From: a virus | Lineage: Duplodnaviria; Caudoviricetes | Direction: 5' to 3' (one strand) | DNA length: 64,000 bases | IMG/VR virus record: IMGVR_UViG_3300020050_009209 | Part shown: positions 18,611 through 30,300 of the stretch, in pieces | Numbering within the stretch: position 1 is the first letter of the stretch | How the letters are laid out: each line of letters starts with the position of its first letter | Program-made: the position numbers and the translations under genes | Notes under the pieces: generated by a model | The model's database searches: none | The model's input: only the letters and a program-made list of their open reading frames with translations | Told to the model about the DNA's origin: nothing

Positions 18611-21600
18611 ATGGCAGCAACTCCTCAAGTCAAGTTACGAGATGGTTCAGGGTACAACTCGAATCTTGTGTTCACTACGAACCAAGAGTCGATTGTGCTT
18701 GAGGGTACCGTGGGTGTAAACACGGCAGACATCCAGGTGTCGATCAATGGAGCCAACTTCGTTTCTGACCCCACGCTTGTCAAGTTCAACCTACCTGCGT
18801 TTACAGTTCCAAACCTGGACAACTACCCGAATGGGTTGGCACTGGTCTCCGGGCTCAACACTGTCCGTGTGCGTACTATCGACATTGTAGGTGGGGTTAG
18901 TGGCCCAGCAAACGTAGAGATTACCAAGCTACGTCAAATTGACGTACCACAGGTAGAGATCCCCACTGGGATTCAAGTGCGACGTAGGCGTAATGCGGTA
19001 GACATCCTAGCTGCAATCCCCAAAACCGCTAACTCCCCGTTTGGAGGCCCTACTCCTAACTACTTCAGAGGGTTCCATTTCTACGCTTCCTTGAACCCTA
19101 GCGGAACTTCGGGGTACTATCGTATCAACGATAAGCTCGTGACCGTAGCCTCTAGCGTGTATGAGGAGACGGCCACTACGTTTGGTACGGACTCTACGGT
19201 ATGGCAAGCTGAGACGCTACAGAACTTAAGGGTGAAGGTAACTGAGGAGAATGAATATGGTGACACTCTAGCGACAAGGCTAGATCGCATCTACTCGGTA
19301 GCTCAGTATACAAGAAATCTGAGGTTCGCCTCTACGTTAGAAGAGGTAGAGCTAACTGAGTTCATCAGTTTCCGACACCTACGCGAGGGTGGAGTAGGTA
19401 TTGTCAATGAAGACCAATTCTCTGGGGTCTCCTCAAGTGAGCCACTCTACTATGTCGTATCAGCTGTGTACTTCGATCCCCAAACGGGAGAGGAGTTCGA
19501 GAGCCCCTACTCTCAAGAGGTGCTAGGGAACCCTCTTGTCATTGATACCGCAATCCGAGACCTGCCGGGGCGGAACCAGTTCAATGTCGTTACAGACTTC
19601 ATCCGAGCTATCCAGCGAGTAAATGCAGAGATCAGTCTTATTCCAGGCTCTACAACGAGAGACGTGTCGATTGACCCGTTTAGCTCGGAAGCCGAACGTC
19701 TGTACTTCCTACTGGACTTCGTACATAGGGCTCAGAGCTTCCTTACGTTGCTTCAGATCGACGATGCCAACAACGATGGGGTGTCCGACCTAGTAGAGGC
19801 AAGTGCGTACAAGACAGCCCTACAAGCGGCCTTAGGGTTCACGTCTACCGGAGCCGTACAAGGGCTCATTGACTCTGCGTTCGACAAGCTAGCTGGGAAT
19901 GTCAGTAAGCCTCGACTGCCTGGTCGTCCATCGGTAGGTCAGGCAGTCTTCTATACAACGTCTAAGCCAACTGTAGACCTTGTGGTCCCTTCGGGAACCA
20001 TTGTCACCAGTGAGGCAGACTCTACTACAGGGTCCCCGTCCGCTCGATTTAGAGTCGGTGGGACCTATACGCTCCTAGCATCCCAGGCGGACGCTTACTA
20101 CAACTTCGACGAAAAGCGATACGAAATCGTTGTAGATCTTGTAGCTGAGCAGATCGGTGGTGCTGGGAATAAGACGGCTAACCAGATAAAGAATGCTCAG
20201 GGAGTAAGCGGTCTATCTGTCACAAATACGGAAGCTACTGTCTTTGGGCGGGATCGCGAGTCCAATGCGGAGTTGGCCGAAAGGGCGCTCCTTGGATTTA
20301 CCTCTGTAGATACTGGCACAGAAGGTGGCTATAGTGCGAACTCCGCAGCTCAGATTGGAGTGATTAAGGCGAAGGTCGTGAAGAGCGGGGACGCTCTCAT
20401 GATGAGGGATTACGACCCTGTACGCAAGAAGCACATTGGTGGAAAGGTAGATATCTGGGTCCAAGGCCTTCGTGAAAGGCAAGTCACTGAGAAGTTTGCG
20501 TTTAGCTTCGAGGTTGCTCGGGACATTCAATGCCAAGTTATCGACTTGGGTACCCTTACGATTCGAGTACAGGATAGTCGGGTCACTGCAAGCACCCCCA
20601 TAACCGAGCTACTCAATAACCAGAGCCAAGGATTGGGAGTTCGTAACGTTACCCAAGGCCTGGACTATCTTCTTACTGGGGCGGTCATTGTAGACTACCA
20701 GACCTTCAGGTTGAATCCTGCACTTGCAGGGCAACCTGTTACGGCATTCGATGATGTGATTACAGCAGACTACCGTTTCAGGTCCATCAATCAATTCAGG
20801 TTTAGCTTCCAACCCGTCCGTAGGATTGTGTCGGTTACTGGAGAGGTGTCCGGTACGCTAAACTCTACCTTGGGGTACAGCCTATTCAAGACTGACGACC
20901 CTCTACTAGAGGGAGAGAGCACGATAGCGAACGACCACTTGGTCATAAACCAGGTAGCTGGAATTCCTACTGGGGGTACCATCACTGTGAATGCCGAGAG
21001 CCATGTTCTGATTGGATTCACAGAGGAACCCCTCGTATCCATTGGCATAAATACGAAAACCCTTCGTGTTTTCAATCAGTCTCGAACCGTTGAGTACGCA
21101 GGACCTGAGACCACAAGTCCAGACTTTGAAATCATCAATGGTACAGCGACCACTCCTGTACGGATCGTAAGGACCTCTAGCTCGACTATCGTCAACGGGT
21201 CGACGGTCTCTGTGGACTACGCACACGATGAGAACTTTACGGTAACCTACGTAATCAACGACTTGCTACAGCAGCTACAGAGAACTCTAGACTATAAGCG
21301 CCATGTAGCCGCAGACCCAATAGTAAAGCAGTCTATCCAGAACTCACTTGATGGCGAAACCACTGTCCAAATGTTGAAGGGGTCTACCAAGGACAAGGTA
21401 GACCCACTACTTCGGTCAAACGTAAGTATGGAGTTGAACCGTAGACTGATTGGGCAGGGGATCGCACAGTCTGACTTCATCAATACCGTGGACTCGACTC
21501 CTGGGGTCGACTTTCAGGTCATTCCGTTGGCAAAGATGGCCTACTCAGATGGGTCTAGGAAACTACGGGAGGCTCTTGCAAGTAACTCTAAGCTCCTACC

Positions 21601-22066
21601 CACGTTGGATGCTGGTGGTAATAGGGCCTACATCCTTACAGGAGCTTTGAAGTTCCCAACGACGGATGGCGGAGGATTGGCAACGGAGCATCGAGGGGTC
21701 TTCCAGGACGATGAGGCTATGGTACTCGCTTCGTCTCTGAGTCTTGTCGCAAGTGGCCCCAACCAAGCGTTCATTATCGGGTCTGCGGGTGCTCTCATCG
21801 AGGGGTACACTGACACTGCAACGTTGGTTGCGGCTGGGTTTACAACCACTGAGACCCAACAAGTCGAGTTCCTACGCAGAACTGCAAACCATGTGGTCGT
21901 TGCCCTATCTGGGTCTACTCTACTGGAAGACCCGTCGAAGCACACTTACACGGCTAGTTACGTAATTCGAGGGGACTCAGGGTCGAAGGACATCACCTCC
22001 TCCGGAGTTGAGTTCATAGACCTAGGCAACCTAACGGTCACCTACCGTTTGGCTGGAGATGCCTAA
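18611..22066 (+). CDS. Baseplate J-like wedge protein (T4 gp6 / P2 gpJ-like)
   Basis: PGSTTRDV, DKLAGNVSKPRLPG..SVGQAVF, VPSGTIV, AEQIGGAGN, VTNTEATVFGRDRESNAELAER, GGKVDIWV are baseplate-J hallmarks; extra Ig/FN3-like N-terminus. Confidence 0.85.
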   Translation: MAATPQVKLRDGSGYNSNLVFTTNQESIVLEGTVGVNTADIQVSINGANFVSDPTLVKFNLPAFTVPNLDNYPNGLALVSGLNTVRVRTIDIVGGVSGPANVEITKLRQIDVPQVEIPTGIQVRRRRNAVDILAAIPKTANSPFGGPTPNYFRGFHFYASLNPSGTSGYYRINDKLVTVASSVYEETATTFGTDSTVWQAETLQNLRVKVTEENEYGDTLATRLDRIYSVAQYTRNLRFASTLEEVELTEFISFRHLREGGVGIVNEDQFSGVSSSEPLYYVVSAVYFDPQTGEEFESPYSQEVLGNPLVIDTAIRDLPGRNQFNVVTDFIRAIQRVNAEISLIPGSTTRDVSIDPFSSEAERLYFLLDFVHRAQSFLTLLQIDDANNDGVSDLVEASAYKTALQAALGFTSTGAVQGLIDSAFDKLAGNVSKPRLPGRPSVGQAVFYTTSKPTVDLVVPSGTIVTSEADSTTGSPSARFRVGGTYTLLASQADAYYNFDEKRYEIVVDLVAEQIGGAGNKTANQIKNAQGVSGLSVTNTEATVFGRDRESNAELAERALLGFTSVDTGTEGGYSANSAAQIGVIKAKVVKSGDALMMRDYDPVRKKHIGGKVDIWVQGLRERQVTEKFAFSFEVARDIQCQVIDLGTLTIRVQDSRVTASTPITELLNNQSQGLGVRNVTQGLDYLLTGAVIVDYQTFRLNPALAGQPVTAFDDVITADYRFRSINQFRFSFQPVRRIVSVTGEVSGTLNSTLGYSLFKTDDPLLEGESTIANDHLVINQVAGIPTGGTITVNAESHVLIGFTEEPLVSIGINTKTLRVFNQSRTVEYAGPETTSPDFEIINGTATTPVRIVRTSSSTIVNGSTVSVDYAHDENFTVTYVINDLLQQLQRTLDYKRHVAADPIVKQSIQNSLDGETTVQMLKGSTKDKVDPLLRSNVSMELNRRLIGQGIAQSDFINTVDSTPGVDFQVIPLAKMAYSDGSRKLREALASNSKLLPTLDAGGNRAYILTGALKFPTTDGGGLATEHRGVFQDDEAMVLASSLSLVASGPNQAFIIGSAGALIEGYTDTATLVAAGFTTTETQQVEFLRRTANHVVVALSGSTLLEDPSKHTYTASYVIRGDSGSKDITSSGVEFIDLGNLTVTYRLAGDA

Positions 22067-22881
22067 TGGCTAGATTCGACCAAGACCCTTCTCGGGTAAA
22101 TCACACCTTAGTCCAACGCGGTAAGGAGTACAACTTTCGACTTGCGCAGAGAGCGCAAGCTATCTTCACAAACTTGCTTAACTTACTTCCGTCTAACTAC
22201 ATCAGTACCGTACAGGGTCCAAACTACACGAATGAGGTGAAGGCTGTTGCCGTGGAGCTGGCAAGGCTAGAGTTGGCCCTAGAGGACGTTGAGACGGACT
22301 CGAACTACAAGACTACGAGATCCGACTTCATCTATAGTCTCGTAGGGTACCTAGTGTTCTTGAACGGTAGAGTCCCAACGTCTACGTTTGATGACGTAGA
22401 GTTCAAAAACTTCCTCCTGAACACGATTCGCATATACTTTCAAGGGTCTATCCCTGCGAGTATGCGAGATGCGGTCAACCTGTTTATTTCGAGTGGGGTG
22501 ACCTTCACTGAGAACTTCCTCCTCGTTAGGGCGTCGGCCCCAGGCCTAGACATTAGTGATCAGTTCGGCTTCCAGTTCGACATTGACGCGATAGGGAACG
22601 TGTTTCCTCCTGACATCTTCAACATTGACGCAAATCTCAGGCCACTGTTGGACACGATTCGACCTGCACATACTCTGTTTAGGATTCGGTACGTGTTTCG
22701 AGATTCTTACACCCCAAACCCTGACAAAGGTGGTAAGATCCTCGATACGTCTCGTGTGAGGTTAGCGAACTACTACTACGAGGACTTTCGGAACTATACC
22801 GATGGCTTGAAGGACCAAGATAGGCTTGGAGTCAAGGTAAATGTTGCGGTTGTAGACGAGAGCCACTCCGACGACTTTTAG
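22066..22881 (+). CDS. Baseplate wedge protein (P2 gpI / T4 gp7-like)
   Basis: LLNLLPSNY...LLDTIRPAHTLF motif; follows baseplate J with a TAATG overlap. Confidence 0.7.
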   Translation: MARFDQDPSRVNHTLVQRGKEYNFRLAQRAQAIFTNLLNLLPSNYISTVQGPNYTNEVKAVAVELARLELALEDVETDSNYKTTRSDFIYSLVGYLVFLNGRVPTSTFDDVEFKNFLLNTIRIYFQGSIPASMRDAVNLFISSGVTFTENFLLVRASAPGLDISDQFGFQFDIDAIGNVFPPDIFNIDANLRPLLDTIRPAHTLFRIRYVFRDSYTPNPDKGGKILDTSRVRLANYYYEDFRNYTDGLKDQDRLGVKVNVAVVDESHSDDF

Positions 22882-22895
22882 CCTCTCTTGGAGGC
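22881..22895 (+). terminator. Short hairpin GCCTC-tcttg-GAGGC followed by a T-rich stretch (possible weak terminator)
   Basis: 5-bp stem directly after the gene stop; CTTTT follows at 22901-22905. Confidence 0.3.
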
Positions 22896-22896
22896 A

Positions 22897-22906
22897 GAAC
22901 CTTTTA
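22897..22906 (+). promoter_or_regulatory. GAACCTTTTA intergenic motif (candidate late promoter)
   Basis: Identical 10-mer at 41774-41783, also intergenic and upstream of a structural gene. Confidence 0.35.
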
Positions 22907-22931
22907 ATCTCTATTTCCGGTAGGAGGAATC

Positions 22932-23465
22932 ATGAACATCCAAGAGTGCGTACAGGGACCTAGAGCTAAGGCTGTTATTATTCACGAGAGACCCTACGAC
23001 TACGATGAGAAGCGTGGAATCTGGATGCGTCGAGTAATTGACGAGCAGGAATCCTCCAACATCGTTACGAATGCTGGTCGTGTGCGAATCCACACCTACC
23101 TCTACGGGGCTGGAGGTCAGCGAGTAGGGATCGGGGCTGGGCTCAACTACATTGCCCTATCTAACAATGCGACCGCTCCTGCTCAGTCAGATACAGTCCT
23201 GACAGGGGAGATCACGAATACCGTGCCTACGGCTGGCCTTCAGCGAGCACTAGGTACCGTGACCCTTCCTACGGGAGCAGGCACTCAGACTATCATTCAG
23301 AAGGTCTTTACCTTCACGGGCACCCCAGGTCCTCAAGGAGTCCAGAAGACGGCTCTGTTTGATGATGCCTCTGCTGGTACCATGGCCCATGAGATCCAGT
23401 TTGCCCCTCGCACTTTGTTCACAAACGACACACTTACCGTGACCATGAGCATAACCTTAGCTTGA
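22932..23465 (+). CDS. Tail-fibre attachment / collar-like protein (similar to tail fibre N-terminal domain)
   Basis: NIVTNAGR...YIALSNNATAPAQSDTVLTGEI...TLTVTMSITL pattern; strong AGGAGG SD; paralog of 35517..36158. Confidence 0.65.
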   Translation: MNIQECVQGPRAKAVIIHERPYDYDEKRGIWMRRVIDEQESSNIVTNAGRVRIHTYLYGAGGQRVGIGAGLNYIALSNNATAPAQSDTVLTGEITNTVPTAGLQRALGTVTLPTGAGTQTIIQKVFTFTGTPGPQGVQKTALFDDASAGTMAHEIQFAPRTLFTNDTLTVTMSITLA

Positions 23466-23468
23466 CTC

Positions 23469-24350
23469 ATGGGTATTTACGGTAGCATCTATGGTTTATA
23501 TGACCCAAGTACCGGAGAACTCAGGTATATTGGGCAGACAACAATCCCTCTGAGGCGTCGTTTGGCTGCGCATATGACCCCTAGCTCCCTCTCTCATCCT
23601 GAGTACAGGGCCTACTGGATTTCGTCAATTCTTCGCCAGGGTCTACGTCCAATCATTAAGGAGATCGCTACAGCCTCTTCGAGGGAGGAGCTTGATCGCC
23701 TTGAGGTTGAACACATCGCCTTGGCTAGGTTGGGTCAGGTTCGTCTTGTGAATATTGAGCCAGGTGGAAACTCCCTTTCTCCTGAGCATTATACTCGTCT
23801 TGCTGAAATGAAAAGAGGCATCCCACGCACCCCAGAGGTACGAGCCAAAATCTCAGCAGCTAAGAAGGGCAAACCATCCTCCAAGCGTGGCCCAATGAGC
23901 GAGGAGCAGAAGGTCAAAGTCTCCGCTTCAAGGAAGGGCAAGCTCCTTGGAGCCACTCATCATCAGTACCGGGGCGACATCTCAACAGACTTCATCCTCC
24001 AGAGAATCGCTGAGGGTCGGACGAAGGTTCAGGTGGCTGAGGAGCTTGATGTTTCCAGTACGCTCATTCACCGTAGGTTGAACCAGGCGGGGCTTACGGG
24101 AGAGAGTCGACCCAAGGGTAAGCGAGAAGCCTGGAACAAGGGCAAGGCCCACTCAGCAGAGCATGTTGCTAACTTTGCCGCATCTAGGAAGGGTAAGGCG
24201 ACCGGGACAGACCACCACTTTTACCGACATGACATCCTGGACGAAGACCTTCGTCAAAAGGTTCAGGAGGGTCTCACCCCCTCTCAGATTGCAAAGTACT
24301 ACGGGATAGCTCGAATTACTGTTGCTAGAAGACTTAGGAAAGTAGCTTAA
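23469..24350 (+). CDS. GIY-YIG homing endonuclease with NUMOD3 and duplicated HTH
   Basis: GSIYGLYDP...RYIGQT..L.RRL..H; NUMOD3 motifs (RTPEVRAKISAAKKGK, MSEEQKVKVSASRKGK); two HH.Y.R.DI...HTH repeats. Confidence 0.9.
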   Translation: MGIYGSIYGLYDPSTGELRYIGQTTIPLRRRLAAHMTPSSLSHPEYRAYWISSILRQGLRPIIKEIATASSREELDRLEVEHIALARLGQVRLVNIEPGGNSLSPEHYTRLAEMKRGIPRTPEVRAKISAAKKGKPSSKRGPMSEEQKVKVSASRKGKLLGATHHQYRGDISTDFILQRIAEGRTKVQVAEELDVSSTLIHRRLNQAGLTGESRPKGKREAWNKGKAHSAEHVANFAASRKGKATGTDHHFYRHDILDEDLRQKVQEGLTPSQIAKYYGIARITVARRLRKVA

Positions 24351-24351
24351 C

Positions 24352-27300
24352 ATGGCGTACCCTCACACCCTTGCTTGGTCCGGGTACTGGAGTACGAACT
24401 ATGCAGGTTCGCCTTGGGTTGGGGAGGCGACTGCTGGGGCTAGCTCTGGTCGTGACTTAACGGAAGCTACAAATCCACCAGCTACAGGAACCGCACGCTA
24501 CGGGCATACCCCAGCTGACTTTGACGGGGTAAACGACACTCTATCTTCGGTAAACCTTGTAGAAGACTTCATGACGGACTGGGTTACCGTCCATGCAGTC
24601 GTAAAGGTGAATAGTGCTGTAGCTCCAAGTGCATTCCTTTACGACGATCCGTGCATCATAAATGTGTATGCCAGTGCAGCTATATGCATTTCAGTAACTA
24701 CTTCTGGAGTCGCCTTTCAGGTTTACACTTCGACAGGATCGGTACAGACGGGTTACGTGCCTTTGTCTCTTGGGGTCGTGCACTGTGTGCAAGCACGTTC
24801 AGACGGCACGAATTGCTCTATACGTGTAGATGGGGGTGCTTGGACAAGTGTAGCGAATGTGGACCCTATTGTTACTGCCCCAGGAGTTCCACTACTTGTA
24901 GGAAAGGACTACTACGCCTCAAATTTCCTTGACGCGGACATCTACACGTTAGGTGTTGCCCCATCTGCATTTTCGGATGGTACACTTGATTCCTTGTATG
25001 CTTACGACAGGGATCGCTACATATTCCTTCCGCTTGATGCAACTCTAGCTGGAGATGCTTCTCTGACTGCAAGCCTTGATCTTCTTGGAGGGGCTATCGC
25101 AGTAGATGCCACCATATCCGGAGATGGGTCGGTCACTTCAAGTCTTAGTCTGTTAGGAGCCCTAGACTCAGGCCTAACTGGGGATGCCTCGGTCACCTCA
25201 AGTCTTGACCTATTAGGCGCACTCACTACAGCCCTAGCCGGAGATGGGTCGGTTACCTCAAGTCTTGACTTACTAGGAGCCCTAGATACAGCTCTAACTG
25301 GGGATGCAGCAGTAACTGCAAGTCTTGATGTTCTTGGGTCTGGTATGGATGCCACCCTAGCTGGGGATGCGTCTGTCACCTCAAGTCTTAGTCTGCTAGG
25401 AGCCCTAGGTGCAACCTTAGCTGGGGATGCTTCTGTAGCTGCAAGTCTTGACGTCAACTTGGTTGCAGCTCTAGCTGGAGATGCCTCTGTAGCATCTAGT
25501 TTGAGTTTACTGGGAGCCCTAAGCTCCACTGTAAGTGGGGACGCCTCAGTATCTTCAGCTCTAAGCGTGGTAAGTCCTCTAGCGTCAGCTCTTGCTGGGG
25601 GCGCCACTGTTACCGCAAGCTTAGTTACCTCAGGTGTTGCAGTTCCAGTAGACGCGACGTTGGCTGGGGGGGCTACGGTTGCGGCGAGTCTCGTACTTCA
25701 GGGGAGCTTGTCTGCTACGTTAGCGGGAGGGACTACAATTGGCCTCCTGTCCCTAACAACGATATCGAGTGACTTCGACGAGTATCTCACGATCGTTGAA
25801 GATGCTAGTTTCTTGACTCGAAGTAGCGTTGCAGTAGAGGACACGTTAACGCTATTTGAGGCTATCCGTACAGGACTATCCTTGTTCGAGAGCCAAAGTA
25901 ACACTACGATTCAAGTTGTATTTCCAGAGGAGCTAAGACTCAACGGAGTTTCGGATGTCACCAACTACTCAGTAGATAGCTACGGTGGTGGGTTCCCTAT
26001 CAACATCCTATCCGTTGCTCCAATCGTTCAGACGAAAAAATCTGGCGTACAAGGTCAGGTTGTGGAGTCCGCTCCTGGTGTACTGTACTCCAGGGTATTT
26101 GATCTCTACTCTGACACAGCTATTCCCTCGGATATCGGGGGCTACTTAGTGCTAGGATCAGAGTCATTCCAGATTACTGCTGTAGCAGGATCTCAAGTTA
26201 CTGTAGACCGACCTATTCCAATTTACGGGCTAAATGGTAATTACGTCCCAGGGTCTGGGTTCACCTCTGGAACGGGTCAGCTTGTTTGGAGCATCACTAC
26301 AGGCGTCCTGGGGGCCACGCTAACGGTCACTGAGGGTACCGATGGAGCAAGCTACCTAGGTAGAGTGACGCACCTGCAAAGAGCCGTTAGCGGTCAAATA
26401 TACTCCAGTCCCAGCTCGTTCTCGTTTCAAGCTATCGGCCTGAAGCCAAGAGTTTCTAGCGTGCAGTTGTCCACTGAGGGTACGCTACTCATTACCTTCA
26501 ATGAGGACATGCGAATCGACGCAGCCCTTCTGGATGTTGCGGAGTACTCAATTACGGGCCCTACGAGAGTGCAGATTGAGTCTGTCTCAATGATAAGCTC
26601 ACGAAGTATAGCTCTTTTGACTTCAGGGTTTGGAGCTGGGAGCTACAATCTAACGGTCAACGCAACAGGGACTCCTAAGGACCTAGCTGGTAACCCTATT
26701 GACCCTATCTTCAACTTGGCGGCATTCAGCGGATCTGTCCCAGTTACCAGTAAGTCCATTTTCACGGATAAGGGTCCGATCGTAAGGCCAGCACTCACCC
26801 TTCAAAGTGGGGTGAACGGGACTATTCAGACCTTTACGACAACGACATTTGGAGCCTCAAAGGTCTTCACCTCGAACGAGGTAGTTCTTCCCGGAGGTGT
26901 ATTCACTTCCAGTCATGTCGGATTGCAGCTTGAGTTAGGTAATTCCACGGTCAATGGTGGTACCTACAAGGTACTTGGGGTGGTAGCTGCAAATCGCTTG
27001 AAGCTTCAGGCCAACCTTAGACTACCAGACTCCAATAATGGAAGCCTAAGTTGGAAGCTTGTAAACCCTAGAACGGGGGAGATAGCAGATGACCCTTCGG
27101 ACGTGAGTGTTCGGGTGAATGGGGTAGCCGTAACTCCTCTTGCTGTAGTTGGACTACTAGGCCAGGTCGTACTACCTAGCGTACCTGCATCTACGGATAC
27201 CGTTAAAATCGACTACAGTTGGATCAGCGAGCCTACCGTAGAGTTCAGGCGCTTGAACTCCAAAGAGTTTCGTCTCAATGCTTGTGGCAATAACGTAGGA

Positions 27301-30300
27301 ACCGCAAGTGGAACTCAGCATAGCTATCGGTACCGTAACACTACGGTACAGCCAGCCAAGTTTGTACCAACCATTACGACAGCAAGTCTAGTCCAACCCC
27401 TCTTTAGGGAGTTGCACTATCGGGCATTCGAGCGAGCCTACTCGGTTGCACTCAACGATCCAAATCTACTGACTCTGAATTGCCCTACGCACAAGATAGC
27501 CTATGCTCCGCTATCTCGTGAGATTGTTCAGACTACGGTCAACTACTCCGCAGACACACTACCCGAGGCAGACTCCGATCCCTGGGTACGTAAGGGTTCT
27601 GGTACGGCTACAGTCACTGCTGGAAGTCTTGTTATCCAAGACACCACAGAAGGTGGGTTCCCATCAGGTAACCCTCTGTTCTGGGTAAAGGATGTAGACC
27701 TAACCTACCCTCATGTGTTCGCAGCTACTTGGCGCATGCAGGTGAACTCCTTTACCTCAAATGGGGTATTTACTGGAGTTGGTATTGGGTGGTCTGGGGG
27801 CCGCACGGCGATTGTCCTAGGTTACATCTATGATGGGGGTACTCGTAAACTTGGGTTCCTCAAGCGTGGATTTGGGAACGACCCATCAGGCATTACCGCT
27901 TGGTTTGGAGGAGTGACTACAAACCTACCCGTCAACTTTGACTGGTCCACGAATCACAGTTACCGTCTGTTCCGTAGTCGGGATGGAGTGGTTCAGTTGT
28001 TTGTGGACGGAGAGGTTATTCCTAGTCTGCAAGTTGCAGAAGCAGACCTCCCATTTCTTGAGGAGCTTAACGACCCCTTCGTGCAGCTACAAGGAGTATT
28101 CTTTGGGTCTCTTAGCAGAGAGGCCAAGAACTCTAGTTCTTGGGACTTCGTACGATACCTAAGCCAGCCTACGAACCCATCTCAAACTGCGCCGTCCATT
28201 TTTGCTGGATATGAGGGAGATCTACTACCTGAGGTAACCGCAACTCCTTGGACGCCAGTGGGGTATCATGGTAACGAGACACTTCTTGCTACGGGGTCTC
28301 TTCTTCTTGATTCTACTTCTGCAACAACCCAGTCGACCTCTACCTCCGTGGGGCTTATCGGGGGGGATTTCAAAGGGTTTACCCGAATTGAACCGCTACT
28401 TTCGGTCTCTTCGAATGTAGTTCTCGACGTAAACGTACAGCTTCGGACTCTAACTCATGGCATAACCCCCAATGCTCTGATGGCAGCGTTGGATGACGGT
28501 AACCGACTCATTCAGCTATGCCTGTTCCCTTACCAGTCCCAGCCTAAGGTAAGCTACCCAGGTCGGTCCTTGCCACAGGAGGCCTCTCCGCCATGGGCAG
28601 CTCTTGGGACAGCCACTGGGAGCATGGTAGGGCGAACGCTTAGGGTTACGGATACCTTGACCACAGGAGGGCTGGTGTACTTCCGGGAGGACCTGGAGGC
28701 AGTTAGCTCCCCTAGCCGTATCATTGAGGCCTCGATAGACTCTACGGCAGAGTTCAAGGTCAAGGTAGTGTCCTTCACCCCAGATGGTACGTCGATTGGG
28801 TTTTGTGGTGCTACAGTAGACATCTTCGATGGGACCCGAGCCGTTGGGTTGATGCTGCGGCAAACAACTCTAGGCGTATTCCAAGTAGCCTTTCACTCAG
28901 ATGGGTCCTTGTTGGGAGTAGGGTCTCAATTCCTATTCAATTGGAATGATGGTCTATCTCACATCTACCGGGTCGTAAAGAGCGCTACTGGGAACCTCGT
29001 ATCGCTCTTCATTGACAACAATTTGATTGGGTCGTTTCCGTATACATCCTTCAACGTAGGGTTGGGTAACCCTACTATGTCGTTTGGTTCGGCTACGGGC
29101 TCAAGTGTATCCTCAACCTCCGTTGTGGATTGGGTGTATGTGAATATTTGGAGAGGTCAATCGGCTACTCCTACCCGATATGCGGGTATCTGGAAGGGCT
29201 CCGACTCCGACTCACTTACAGGTTACCACCTACCACTTAAACTAGAGTCCAAGTCTGGGATCGTAGCTGGCAACACACTGACAGATACTACGGTTGACTT
29301 CGTGGCTGCTTCTGTCTCTGTGGGTAACCACCTTGTCATTGACATTGGCCCAGATAAGGGGACCTACACGGTTGCGAGTGTTGGCACGAACACTCTAACG
29401 TTTGTGGAGTCGTTCGCTCAAGTTACTGAAATGGTTGGGTACCGAATTCCTCTTCAGGTGGATTGGACACTCGCACACAAGTATCGAATCGTAAGAGACC
29501 CCGATGGGTTTGTAGCCGTCCTTCTGGATGCTACTACAACCCCGCTCATACGCGTTGACTACAGTTCCGTAACTCTACCTCCTAGCTCTGTTGGAGTACC
29601 TTACATAATCAACCGAGGGCTACCTTCCGTTTCGTGGGGTTGCTTTGATCCTACAAACCTCTCTCAATCTGCTTGGGATTACGTGAGGTATGGGATCACT
29701 AGCTCTCCAACAGAGACGAGAATTGCGCCACACCATCAAGTTCTAAATCAGCGCAATGTCATGGCCTCGCCTGAGCACTTGACGACGACAGTCGCTCACG
29801 GCCACACTCAGTACTCTTCCTCCTCTACTGGGATTCCACACCCATGGAAGGACTTCACAGACAATGCTCTGAATATAGCATTCACTCGGTTGAATGAGGG
29901 TACACCCCTCATGCCTTCAACCCAAACCTATGAAGTTCGTAGACCTACTCCAGTGTTCGAGTTTGTCTCGGGCCTTAATCGACCTGAAGACGTACTCAAT
30001 AGTGACCCTGACTTCGTTCTGAACGATGCGTCACAACGATCCAGACTCATTGTTCCTAATGACGTGCTATACGACGGTCTTCAGATTACGGAAGAGACCA
30101 CAGGGGAAGCGGAGCACCTCTACCCATACTCAGATGGGAACATAACAGCACTTGGTAAGCTAAATTGGACGAAAGAGGTGTGCGGTACTTACCTTGCCGA
30201 CGTACTTCCTGAGCTAGACCCCAACTTTGGCACCACCTGGGTCCTTCAGTCGGATAATCCTGGTGCCACCACAACAACCGTATCGTCAGGGGTATTGACC

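Noticed and set aside
948-22881. Bacterial T6SS / eCIS / tailocin locus
   Set aside because: No membrane complex, ClpV or Afp15-like ATPase is seen; the HEGs, intein helicase and replication genes indicate a phage genome.
25017-25607. 196-aa repetitive minus-strand ORF and the many other short antisense/alternate-frame ORFs
   Set aside because: They are shadows of long + strand genes with no SD or independent motifs; the repeats simply mirror the sense repeats.
25033-25755. Possible CRISPR array or DGR template/variable repeat
   Set aside because: The units are in-frame coding repeats with no unique spacers and no adenine-specific variation, and no cas or reverse transcriptase gene is in the window.
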